From Squalus acanthias (lineage: Eukaryota), in NCBI GenBank assembly GCA_030390025.1, contig CM059432.1:18478001-18542000 (forward strand): a stretch of DNA of 64,000 bases, read 5' to 3'. This document shows positions 50,833 to 61,268 of this stretch, piece by piece. The notes below the pieces were generated by a model. It ran no database searches. It was not told the DNA's origin and saw only the letters and a list, made by a program, of their open reading frames with translations. Every line of letters begins with the position of its first letter. Within the stretch, counting starts at the first letter, position 1. Both the position numbers and the translations under genes were made by a program.

Positions 50833-52802
50833 ATGGAGAGGGTGACAGAACGAGATCAGCGCTTCACCGAGCGGGCCTTGGATGCTCTGGTTGGCGCGGT
50901 GGAGCGCAGAAGATCTATACTCTTCCCTGAGAGTGGCAGGAGGCCTTTGCCACGCGAGTACAGAAGAGTGTGGAGGGAGGTGGCTCAGAGCGTCTCCTCC
51001 AGGAGCATGGTGCCCAGGACCCATGTTCAATGCCGCAAAAAGTTCAACGACCTCACTCGGGTCGTCAGGGTGAGTCGCTTTTTCTCAATACCTCTCCATC
51101 CCTCCATCTCAACCTCACTCTATGGCCAGAGGGTCTTAAAACCCCAATGCACAACACTCATCCAACACCTATGGCCCTTTCATGAAACACACACACACAT
51201 TCCACACTTTGCATACAGTAAGGGCTATTCACCTATGGGAGGCACATCAGGCAAGACCATGGCTGCATACAGTAAGGGCTATTCACCTATGGGAGGCACA
51301 TCAGGCAAGACCATGGCTGTATATTTACTCAGATGCTGTCCTTTTTCTTGCAGGCCAAGCTGGCGCATAATAGGAGACAGCAGCAACGGACAGGTGGAGG
51401 GCGGCCTCAGCTGCAACCCCTCAGCGATCTTGAGGAGCGCGTCCACAGGATTGTGGCAAGCCGGGTGATCGGTCCCGTCGCCACTGGAGACGCTGACCCC
51501 GTTCTGGACAGCAATGGTAAGGTCATCACCTTTTTGTCCTCTGTCCTTCCACTTGTCCCTCACAACACCAGCCTTTGACACTTTCAATCCAACTTGCTAA
51601 CTCGCTGCACTTATTCCTCCCTTACTGCCACCCTGTCCACACGCTAAAGCCACTCTTGTACCTCCCTGCTTTCAGATGGTGATTCACCAGCTGAGGAGAC
51701 GGGCCCTGAAGCTGCCAGTGGGAGTGAAGCTGCAGCCGAGGAGGAAGAGGAAGCCGGAGCATCAGTGCCACCCTCTCCCGAGGAAGCCCATGCCCACACT
51801 GAGAACACGCCTTCCGTGGAGGGGAGCAGGGGGGAAGGGTCTGATGAGGGTGAAGCTCCAGGACCCAACGGGCTGCAGCAACGCCATGGGGGTAGGGAAG
51901 AATGGGGGCCTTCTCCCCAGAGGGAGAGTATGCCAGCGACTCCTACTGCAATGGACGCAGAGGAGGAGCGGCTGATCGCAGAAATGAACACCCAGGCGGT
52001 GGGCATGCACACTGAGCTCATGGGTGCAGTGGGAAGGGTGCCCGAATGCATTGAGTCACTGGCAAGGAGTGTGGAGCACTTCGCTGTAGCACAGGCAGAT
52101 GCCACACTAAAGCTTAGTGCTGCAATTCAGTCACTGACTGCCGTGATCCCATCTCTGACTGCTCTCATGCAGACTCAGATTGAGGCCACGCGAGCACTGA
52201 CTGCTGCCAACCTCGATGGTTTGTTCACATGTCCCCGGGGCTCTCACCGCGCCGCAGCAGGCCAGCAATCTGTGCTCCAGCAGATTGCTCCGGATGCTGA
52301 AGTGCTGCCCCGTGGGAGTGCCAGTGTGTCAGTCGAGCAGGGAGTTGCTGTCCTCTCTCATGATGACAGCATTCCTGCTGCCAACACTGTCACTTCTCCA
52401 CTGCACTTGCCACCGCCTGTAGGAGAGACTGCTGCCGCCCATGCAGAGTTGGTGCAGTCTGCAGCCGGGCCCTCCAGGCCCAGAACTGGTCGAGGCCGTC
52501 CTTCAGGGGCATCTGCAGTGTCAGGGTCTGACAATCAGCAGCCTTCCACCAGCCTTGCTGCAGCCACTGAGGTCCCATTACGGAGGAGCAGTAGGGTTAG
52601 AAGGGGTAAGTGCGCAAGGGAAGGAGATTACCCTCGAAGGGCAAAAAGTAGGAGGTGTGACAAAATGCTGGTCATTTTTATATTAAAGGCCGAGGTTCGT
52701 GGTCCAACTTTTGTCTCGTGTTTTGGACATTATCTCCAGGTTGTGAGAACCAGTTATGTTAATGACTGTTTTTTTGTGTTTATTTCTATGAGTTTGTCAT
52801 GA
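50833..52802 (+). CDS. Harbinger Myb/SANT-like (trihelix) DNA-binding protein; exons 50833-51069, 51354-51516, 51676-52802; ~508 aa
   Basis: QRFTERALDALV..WREVAQSV..RTHVQCRKKFNDL; GT-AG introns (phase 0 and 1) join into one open frame; acidic region and heptad-like C-terminal half. Confidence 0.85.
51211..51318. repeat. Perfect 54-bp tandem duplication in intron 1
   Basis: 51211-51264 is identical to 51265-51318. Confidence 0.95.
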
Positions 52803-52963
52803 GGAAATGACACACACAGAGTTTGTAAAATAAATAAGTTTTTGTATTCAAAATATACATGTTTGGTGTTTGGAATCATTGGTGCCTTGGCCGGCTTAGG
52901 GGTTGCGTGCTGGGTTCATTGATGTTTTTAGCAATGGCAGAAGCCATTTCCACAGCAGGGGCC

Positions 52964-54124
52964 CTAGAAGCGGCTTGCTATCAGCCGTTGACGGACGGCC
53001 CTTGCAGTTTCACCATTGTGGGCCACCCTCCCGCCTTGGTGCTGCTGATGATCATCCTCCTCGTCCTCTTCCTCCTCTTCCTCCTCCTCCTCTGGTGGTG
53101 CTCCAAGGCCTGGTGGCATTGGCTGGGTCCTGACGATTGCCATGTTATGCAACATGCAGCACACAACTACGAAGTTGGATACTCGCTCAGGCGAGTACTG
53201 CAGGGCTCCTCCAGAATGGTCGAGACAGCGGAACCGTTGCTTCAGCATGCCGATTGTGCGCTCAATGATGTTCCTGGTAGCTTGATGGCTCTCGTTGTAC
53301 CGCAGCTCAGCAGGGGTGTTGGGCGTACGGAGCGGTGTCATCAGCCAGGTGCTCAATGGATACCCCTTGTCCCCGAGAAGCCAACCAACTGGCTGATGCG
53401 GTGCCTCGAAAAGTTCTGCCACAGTAGTCTGGTGCAGGATGAAAGCATCGTGGCAGCTGTCAGGATAGTGGGCATTGACAGCGAGTATCAGCTGTCTGTG
53501 GTCACAGACCAACTGAACATTCAAGGAATGGAACCCCTTTCTGTTCCGGAATTCCTCGGCATTCTCATGTGGAGCACGCAAAGCCACATGCGTGCAGTCA
53601 ATGGCGCCCTGCACCATGGGGAAGCCCGCTATCCTCACAAAGCCCAGAGCGCGGTCACGCTGCTTATCTAGGGTCATGGGGAAAGAGATGAACTCTCGTC
53701 TCCTTTTAAAGAGGGCATTTGTGACCTGCCGGATGCAGCAATGCACCGCAAACTGGGAGATATTGGCGAGGTCCCCAGCAGCAGCTTGAAATGAGCCAGT
53801 AGCATAGAAGTTGAGAGCCACTGTGACCTTCACTGCCACCGACAGAGACGTCCTGGACCTCAGTTGAGGCTGCAGATCTGGCTGCAGCAGGTGGTAGAGC
53901 TCAGTGACCACCTCCTTGTTGAATCGCAGCCTTCGCAAACACAGCTCCTCAGACATATGAATGTAGGAGAGCTGTTCACGATATACCCTGGGAGGGTAAG
54001 CTCTCCTGTACATACGCCTGTTGGCCCTCCTCCGTCTGGCCATCATTGCCACTCTCTCTCTGCATCTCTGTGTCCTCCGATTCAGCTGGAGCAGGACGAC
54101 GCCCCCATTCAGTGCAGCCCCCAT
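52964..54124 (-). CDS. PIF/Harbinger DDE transposase (HARBI1-like), 386 aa from ATG at 54124
   Basis: Uninterrupted ORF with GAIDCTH, NRKGFHSLNVQ, SCHDAFI, LLGDKGYP, RNIIERTIGMLKQRFRCL, CCMLHN; acidic tail. Confidence 0.95.
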   Translation of the reverse strand: MGAALNGGVVLLQLNRRTQRCRERVAMMARRRRANRRMYRRAYPPRVYREQLSYIHMSEELCLRRLRFNKEVVTELYHLLQPDLQPQLRSRTSLSVAVKVTVALNFYATGSFQAAAGDLANISQFAVHCCIRQVTNALFKRRREFISFPMTLDKQRDRALGFVRIAGFPMVQGAIDCTHVALRAPHENAEEFRNRKGFHSLNVQLVCDHRQLILAVNAHYPDSCHDAFILHQTTVAELFEAPHQPVGWLLGDKGYPLSTWLMTPLRTPNTPAELRYNESHQATRNIIERTIGMLKQRFRCLDHSGGALQYSPERVSNFVVVCCMLHNMAIVRTQPMPPGLGAPPEEEEEEEEEDEEDDHQQHQGGRVAHNGETARAVRQRLIASRF

Positions 54125-56169
54125 AGTCTCTTTGCAAGCAAAGTTATGAAGGACAGCAACCAAAGTACCAGCGAAGTTAGGATCAGTAGGCAAAACTACC
54201 TCACAAAGCGTTGACTCAATGCAGAAGTCTCTCTTTCTCTCTCTCCGAATCTCTCTCTCTCTCTCAGAACGAGTGGTGCAAAAATGTCAACCACAGAAAA
54301 AGACAGGAAGAGGCCCCCTTTAAATAGCGCCCCCCCCCAGCCCCACAGCGATTGATAGCGTTCCAGTCTTCCGGTCGTTGGATGCGCCAGGCGGTAAGGC
54401 AGGGGGCGCCACTCAATTTCCGCTCCGGGGCGCCACAAGGGCGTTGCACCATGGAATGACGTCACAATCTGCGCGCGCAGGTGGTCGCGGCGGTAAAGTT
54501 TAGGGCCGCCGCACAATGTCTAGTTAAGTTCCCGAGCGGCGCAAACATCGCTGCGCCCGGGCGCTAGCGGCTTTGCGCCCCATTAGCGCCCTCTTAAGGC
54601 GCTAACGGGAGGCGCAACCAACTGAATTTTTCCCCCAAAGAGTCTGCAAAGGGATATAGATAGACTAAGTGAGTGGGCAGTAAGGTGGCAGATGGAGTGT
54701 AATGTAGGGAAATGTGAGGTTATTCACTTTGGTAGGAAGAATAGAAAAACACAATATTTTTTAAATGGTGAGAAACTTTCAAATGTTGGTGTTCAGAGAT
54801 ATTTGGGTGTCCTCGTGTAAGAAACACAGAAAGCTAGCATGCAGGTACAGCAACCAATAAGGAAGGCAAATGGCATGTTGGCCTTTATTGCAAGGGGGTT
54901 GGAGTATAAGAGTAAGGAAGTCTTGCTACAATTGTACAGGGCCTTGGTGAGACCACACCTGGAGTACTGTGCACAGTTCTGGTCTCCTTATCTAAGGAAG
55001 GATATACTTGCTTTGGAGGCGGTGCAACGAAGGTTCACTAAATTGATTCCTGGGATGAGAGGGCTGTCCTATGATGAGAGATTGTGTAGAATGGGCCTAT
55101 ACTCTCTGGAGTTTAGAAGAATAAGAGGTGATCTCATTGAAACATACAAGATTCTGAAGGGGATTGACAGGGTAGATGCTGAGAGGTTGTTTCCCCTGGC
55201 TGGAGTGTCTAGAACTCGGGGGCATAGTCTCAGGATAAGGGGTAGGCCATTTAAGACTGAGATGAAGAGGAATTTCTTCACTCAGAGGGTTGTGAATCTT
55301 TGGAATTCTCTGCCCCAGAGGGCTGTGAATGCTGAGTCTTTGAGTATATTTACGGCCGAGATAGATAGATTTTTGGACTCTAGGGGAATCAAGGGATATG
55401 GAGATGGGGCGGGAAAGTGGAGTTGAGGTCGATGATCAGCCATGATCTTATTGAATGGCGGAGCAGGCTCGAGGGGCTGTATGGCCTTCTCCTGCTTTTA
55501 TTTCTTATGTTCTTATGTTCTTATCACTGCAGCTGTTAGAGCTTAATAGTGTGTTCCTACCTGTATTTGTTTATGTCATGTTAAAATGATGAAAGCCTTG
55601 TGCAGTGATCTATATACAGCAGAGCGCTCGGTTACTTCTGTGCACTTCTGTAGCCTGAATATTATACTCATGACAGTGATTGATGATGAATGGTGCCTTT
55701 TGCAGTAGCTGTTACTTGTAATCCTTGCAGTCATAACCTCTCTGGAAATGCACAGCACGGCACTGAAGTCCCAGGTTTGACAGGATCAGATCCAAATGAC
55801 AATTTAGGACGACAAATCAGCATGAGTAACATTTAGAGATTGAGCGCGACCCTGTTATATGTCAGAAAGAAAAATATTATTATACTTAACTGGGCCTTTC
55901 ATATCGTCGTGCTCCCACACCATGATCAGACCATCCCTTGAGGGCAGGAATGCTGACTAACTGTACACTAAGGAAGACCAAGTTGTCAATTTGCTTGATA
56001 ACCACACAGGGATACTTAGGTGAATCTTGATTCCAGCTGTGTTTTAACAGGTTACCCAATTCTTTGTTTCCTTCACCCAGGGCTCAATGGTAAGCTTATT
56101 TGAGTGAGTCAGCCCACTATTGTTTCTGGTGTACGGGTTTGAATCCATTTCAGGAGAATTGAACGAAAG

Positions 56170-56668
56170 TGGTGGAAATTGCACCGCGCCTGCCTGCCGC
56201 CACAAACCAGTCACAGGCATTGATCCCTGCACCCAAAGGCGAAGGCCAGAGGATCACAAGAAATTGGACCTTGGGCCTCATCTAAACATTTAGGGCCAGC
56301 TGCTTGTGGAGGCGTGACAGGCACCCAATAGAAGCATGCAAGTTCGGGCCCTCCGCCGCACCGGCAGGGACCATCAGGTAAGTTCCAAGAGGGGTGGGAG
56401 TGGGGGAGGACAGCAGGAACAGACCAATTGTGGCCTTATCATGGCCATTGGAAGTACTGTGGAGATGGGAGCAGTGCAGAAATTTTTTTATTAAGTGTTT
56501 TATTTACCTTTACGGTAACGGCCGCTGGCTGGGCTGCTTCCACTTCCCGAAAACCTGCTCAGTTTCTTTCAAGTGTCCTTAAACAGACGTTAGGCCCCTC
56601 ATTAGCATGTGCAAGGAGACTATCGACTCTTTTAGGCGGCCCCTGAAAAACGGCAGGAAATTGCGCCC
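56170..56668. mobile_element. Possible Harbinger-type MITE
   Basis: GGTGGAAATT.. start and ..AAATTGCGCCC end; GC-rich body with GGTAAGT. Confidence 0.4.
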
Positions 56669-57560
56669 TGAAATTGGTACTTTTTGCACTTGTTTTACGC
56701 CTGTAAAGTTGGCGCAACGAGGACCAACTTCTACCCCAAAGATCAGCGGCAAAATTGAGAAATGGCATAAAGGGTTGTTTACACTGTTTCTCCAGGGTTT
56801 CCCCATATCTTCTGCTGAAGTTGAGGTGGGAGATCAGGAGAACCTCGCAGAAGTTCTCCCCCATCATATAGATGCAGGAGGGGGTTAAAGCACGATGGGG
56901 ACATAATTGCCCTTGTTACTAGCCATGTTCTTTTTGAATACATTTACGATGTTGCAGCATACTGTGTCAGGCATTAATTATGTCCTCTCCCTCCTGTTAG
57001 CGCTCTTGCACCGATAGAGACAGTAAGAAGTAAGGGATGGGACCACCACTATACCACACACTCTGCTGAACTCTGAGTTACTTAGTTTTTGATTAAGAAA
57101 TGTGTAATTAAAAAATGCACCGATAGTTTACTCTCATTTCCTGACTTAGTTAAGAATCTGTCATTATGTTAGTCTTTTTCTCATCTTGAAAGAAGTGCAG
57201 CAGATAAAATGAAATCCTCATTATATACTATAGCATTACACAGAATTACAGCACAGAAACAGGCCATTTGGCTCAACAGGTCCATGCCGGTGTTTAGGCT
57301 CCACACGAGCCTCCTCCCACCCCTCTTCATCGAACCCTATCAGCATAACCTTCTATTCCTTTCTCCCTCATTTGTTTATCTAGCTTCCCTTTAAATGCAT
57401 CTATGCTATTCGCCTCATCTACTCGTTGCGGTAGCGAGTTCCATATTCTAATGACTCTTTGGGTAAAGAAGTTTCTCCTGAATTCCCTATTGGATTATTG
57501 ATGATTATCTTATATTTATGGCCTCTAGTTTTGGTCTCCCCCCACAAGGAGAAACTTTAC

Positions 57561-59660
57561 GGGCTGGATTTTCAATGACCCGTGGAGTCGGGTTTGGAGG
57601 CGGGGGGTGGGGGGTTGGGGGGTTAAAGTTGCACATTCGGGGGTCCCGACCCCATCCCGACTCCAACCCGCCTCCATGCCAATTTCTCTGGCGGCGGGTA
57701 CCCGACCTGGTCTGAGACCCGACTCCCCGAGGCGGGAAGGGATTAGTGACAATTAACAGGCACATTTTTGCATAATCCCTATTTTAAAAAGAAAAGTGTG
57801 GGCTTCCCAACAGGTGGCAACCACGCCAAGTTATCGGGGCGGGCCGTGGGTCTGCAGGGGTTGGAGGGGTCGATATGTCCGGTGGGCAGGTGAGTAATGG
57901 GTGCATGTGTGCAGAGGTAAGTGTGTAAGGTAAGTGCTAAGTGTGGGAAAAGGTTTTACTTACCTTAACTTCCTCCTGCAGGTGTCAGCCCTTCAGTTCT
58001 CGGGAGTTAGAAATCTCACCGGCACAGAAAGCAGGAAAGCCGTGGACCTGTCTAAAACAGCAGCCTTCTGTTTTATAAGAACATAAGAACATAAGAAATA
58101 GGAGCAGGAGTAGGCCAATCGGCCCATCGAGCCTGCTCCGCCATTCAATAAGATCATGGCTGATCTGATCCTAACCGCCAATCTACTATCTATCACAGAA
58201 ACATCTCCTGCATCTAACAGAATTGCACACACGAAATAGGAGCAGAATCAGGCTACACAGTCCCTGGGCCCGCTCCACTACCCACAGGGCCATGACCGAT
58301 CCGAACCTAGACTCATGTCCAAATTCCTGCCCGCTCTCCGTAACCCTTAATGCCCTTTACTTCTAGGAAACTGTCTATTTCTGTTTTAAATTTAATTAAT
58401 GTTGTAGCTTCTACAGCTTTTTGTGGTAGCATATTCCATGGACCTACCACCCTCTGAGTGAAGTAGTTCCTCCTCATCTCAGTTTTGAAAGAGCAGCCCC
58501 TTATTCTAAGACTATGTCCCCTAGTTCTCGTCTCACCCGTCATCGGGAACATCCTCCCCGCATCCACCCGATCCAACCCCTTCACAATCTCATATGTTTC
58601 AATAAGATCGCCTCTCATTCTTCTGAACTCCAATGAGTAGAGTCCCAATCTACCCAACCTCTCCCCATATGACCACCCCCTCATCTCCGGGATTAACCGA
58701 GTGAACCTTTTTTGCACTGCCTCGAGAGCAAGGATGTCTTTCCTTAAGTAAGGACACCAAAACTGTATGCAGTATTCCAGGTGCGGTCTCACCAATACCT
58801 TGTACAACTGAAGCAATACCTCCCTATTTTTATATTCTATCCCCCTAGCAATGAAAGCCAACATTCCATTTGCCTTCTTAATCACTTGCTGCACCTGCAT
58901 ACTAACCTTTTGAGTTTCGTGCACCAGGACCCCCAGATCCCTTTGCACTTCAGTACTCTCCAGTTTCTTGCCATTAAGATAATAAATTGCTCTAGGATTT
59001 TTCCTGCCAAAGTGCATCACCTCACACTTTCCAGTGCTGTATTCCATCTGCCAAATCTCTGCCCACTTACTTAGCCTGTCTATGTCCCCTTGCAGGTTTT
59101 TTATGTCCTCCTCACTCACTACTTTCCCTCCCATCTTTGTATCATCTGCAAATTTTGATATGTTACACTTGGTCCCTTCCTCCAAATCGTTAATATAGAT
59201 TGTGAAGAGTTGGGGACCCAGCACTGACCCCTGTGGAACACCACTAGTTACTGATTGCCAGTCTGAGAATGAACCATTTATCCCAACTCTTTGCTTTCTG
59301 TTAGATAGCCAATCCTCTATCCATGCCAGAATATTAGTTTTCTGTGGTGGAATGATTTCTAACTCAGCCTGAGAGGAAGGACTGAAGTTAGAAATCATAT
59401 TGTGAGTGTTTGACATGTTCACAGAGCTGTCAAACGCTGATATTTCATCTGTCAAAAGCTCTTGACAGATGAAATGTCAGTCTGTGACGTCACCTGTTGC
59501 CGGGTGGCCCTTAATTGGCCTGCTGAGCCCACTGGGCGGGCTCAACAAGGTCAATCAAGGGGAAATACAGTGGGTTGGCCATATCTTGATGGAGGCGGGT
59601 TCACAAGCCAGAATGTGTGATTCCCGACCCCAACCCGACCCCAGATTCAAAATCCAGCCC
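57561..59660. mobile_element. Harbinger-type MITE containing a nested CR1
   Basis: TIR GGGCTGGATTTT at both ends; perfect 3-bp TSD TAC (57558-60 / 59661-63). Confidence 0.9.
58080..59337 (-). mobile_element. CR1 LINE with duplicated tail; ORF2 remnant still open
   Basis: ORF 58313-59455 (CR1 part from NILAWIEDWL onward) has no stop; two tail modules. Confidence 0.95.
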
Positions 59661-60219
59661 TACGTCTCTACGTCTACCCTATCAAACCCTTTCATTATCT
59701 TAAAGACCTGTATCAGCTCACCCCTCAGCCTTCTATTTTCTAGAGAAAGGAGCCACAGCCTGTTCAGTCTTTCTTGATAGGTATAACCTTTCAGTTCTGG
59801 CCTCATCCTTGTAAATTTTTTTCGGACTTGTCCAGTGCCTCTATATCCTTTTTATAATATGAAGTCCAGAACTGTGCACAGTACTCCGAGTGTGGTCTAA
59901 TCAAGGTTTTATGCAAGTTTAACATAAACTTATTGGGGGATAAAACATCGGGGCATCAGAGTGGTAGATTTATCTGTCCTGAGTCAGGGATATTGGACCA
60001 GCTGGGAAAAGCGAATAAGGGAAAGTCAGGAGTGCACACTGGCAAGGGAGTCCATCCAATTTTCTGCCCATTAAGTTGAATGGATGGAAAATTGGCGAGA
60101 TTCCTTACACAGTTCTCCCTCCCCACCTAATTTTCCTGTATTTTCTGCGCCTAGGCAATCCAATGGGTCCAGGTGCAGGAATTATTAGCCCTTGATGTCC
60201 AACTTACTCAGAATAAGTC

Positions 60220-60362
60220 AGTAAGGGCATCAAGGGATATGGCGATAGGGCCGGTGAATGGAGTTGAGGCAGAAGATCAGCCATGATCCCATTGAATGGC
60301 GGAGCAGGCTCGAAGGGCCAAATGGCCTACTCCTGCTCCTATTTCTTATGTTCTTATGTTCT
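60220..60362 (+). mobile_element. CR1/HER1 tail fragment
   Basis: GATCAGCCATGATC..GGCCTACTCCTGCTCCTATTTCTTATG. Confidence 0.9.
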
Positions 60363-60630
60363 AATGTAATAATAGACCTGGATATGTATAATGGCCCTGA
60401 ATTTGTGGTCGGAGGCTTCCCATAGGGAAATGCCTCCGATCCGCAAATAAAATGCCGCGTACCTGGTGGTCCGGGAGGTAAGGAGATTTGTGGTCCTGGG
60501 CCTCACCGGGTCCGCGCGGGTAGAGGCCCACGCACCCCAGGGGCGCAGGTGGTTCGCAAGTGCCCCTGTGGTCACGTGGGCTGGCCCAACGAATGAAAGA
60601 AGGGAATCCCCATTCATACCTTATTGTACA

Positions 60631-61268
60631 GGGGGGGGAAATTTGGTTGCTTTGCACCTCCCGTTAGCCCGAAGAGGACGCTAACGGGGTGCAAAGAAAC
60701 TACTGCCCGGGCGCGGTGCCGCCAACGCCTCCCGCGAAATTCAGCGGGAGATTAGCGGTGGCGGTAACCATTAGTGCCGCGCGGCATTGCGCCGTCAACG
60801 ATGATGTCATCGCCGTGTGCAGCACCCCGCTCGCGCCCCGGCCGCGATCTTCGGGAGCGCTCCATGACTTACCGCCGGACGCTATGTCCGACGGGGTCAG
60901 GGAGTCCTACCTGCGGCCAGGGCAGCGCTAATTAAAGGCGAGGTGCCGGGCAGCCATTTTTGTTGCTGGCCGCCTGCCAGCACCTGCCCCCATTGCCGTT
61001 CCCGGCCTCCTGACCAGCCCCGCCGCGGAGTGCCGGCTGCGCTCCGTGAGCCCGGCACTTCCCTTGAGTGCCGGGCTCTTTTGCTGGCACTCCGATCCCT
61101 GGTGGCTCAGCTGGGTCCCGGGTCGAGCTGCGCAAAGCCCCTCCCCTTTAAGAAGGGGAGGAAGGCCTGCAGTACCGCGGCACGTAGCGCCGCGATATTC
61201 CCTCGCAGCTTCCAGTAGCGGCCCACTTCCCTCTTGGGGCGCTACCGATGAAACAGAATTTTTTCTCA
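60631..61268 (-). mobile_element. Non-autonomous derivative (MITE) related to the intact Harbinger, reverse orientation
   Basis: GGGGGGGAAATTT start; blocks resembling both subterminal regions of 50473-54636; GCGCTA motifs. Confidence 0.7.

Larger units (their letters stand above)
50473..54636. mobile_element. Full-length, apparently autonomous PIF/Harbinger DNA transposon (4164 bp)
   Basis: Perfect 12-bp TIR GGGGGAAAAATT; 3-bp flanks ATA/AAA; two convergent genes. Confidence 0.95.
50222..55523 (+). mobile_element. CR1 LINE (50222-50472 plus 54637-55523) split by the Harbinger
   Basis: [17 protein letters not shown] | KSLQRDIDRL colinear across the insertion; tail at ~55500. Confidence 0.95.
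57230..59930 (-). mobile_element. Older CR1 3' fragment (57230-57560 plus 59661-59930) split by a MITE
   Basis: Colinear CR1 sequence on both sides of the MITE. Confidence 0.8.

Noticed and set aside
50590..51468. 292-aa unspliced ORF (and likewise 39205-40005)
   Set aside because: Reads through intron 1 and enters exon 2 out of frame. The spliced model is supported by conserved splice sites in three copies.
52859..53671. 270-aa plus-strand ORF with a hydrophobic stretch
   Set aside because: Antisense shadow of the transposase; the Leu-rich run is the reverse complement of the poly-Glu tract.
52964..54193. Host HARBI1 gene, or the 409-aa start given in the ORF track
   Set aside because: The ORF lies within TIRs inserted in a LINE alongside a Myb partner, so it is a transposon gene. 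The track's start is a non-ATG codon; the first ATG is at 54124.
58313..59455. 380-aa ORF as a functional RT gene
   Set aside because: 5'-truncated CR1 ORF2 fused by chance to MITE sequence; lacks the endonuclease and the N-terminal RT motifs.
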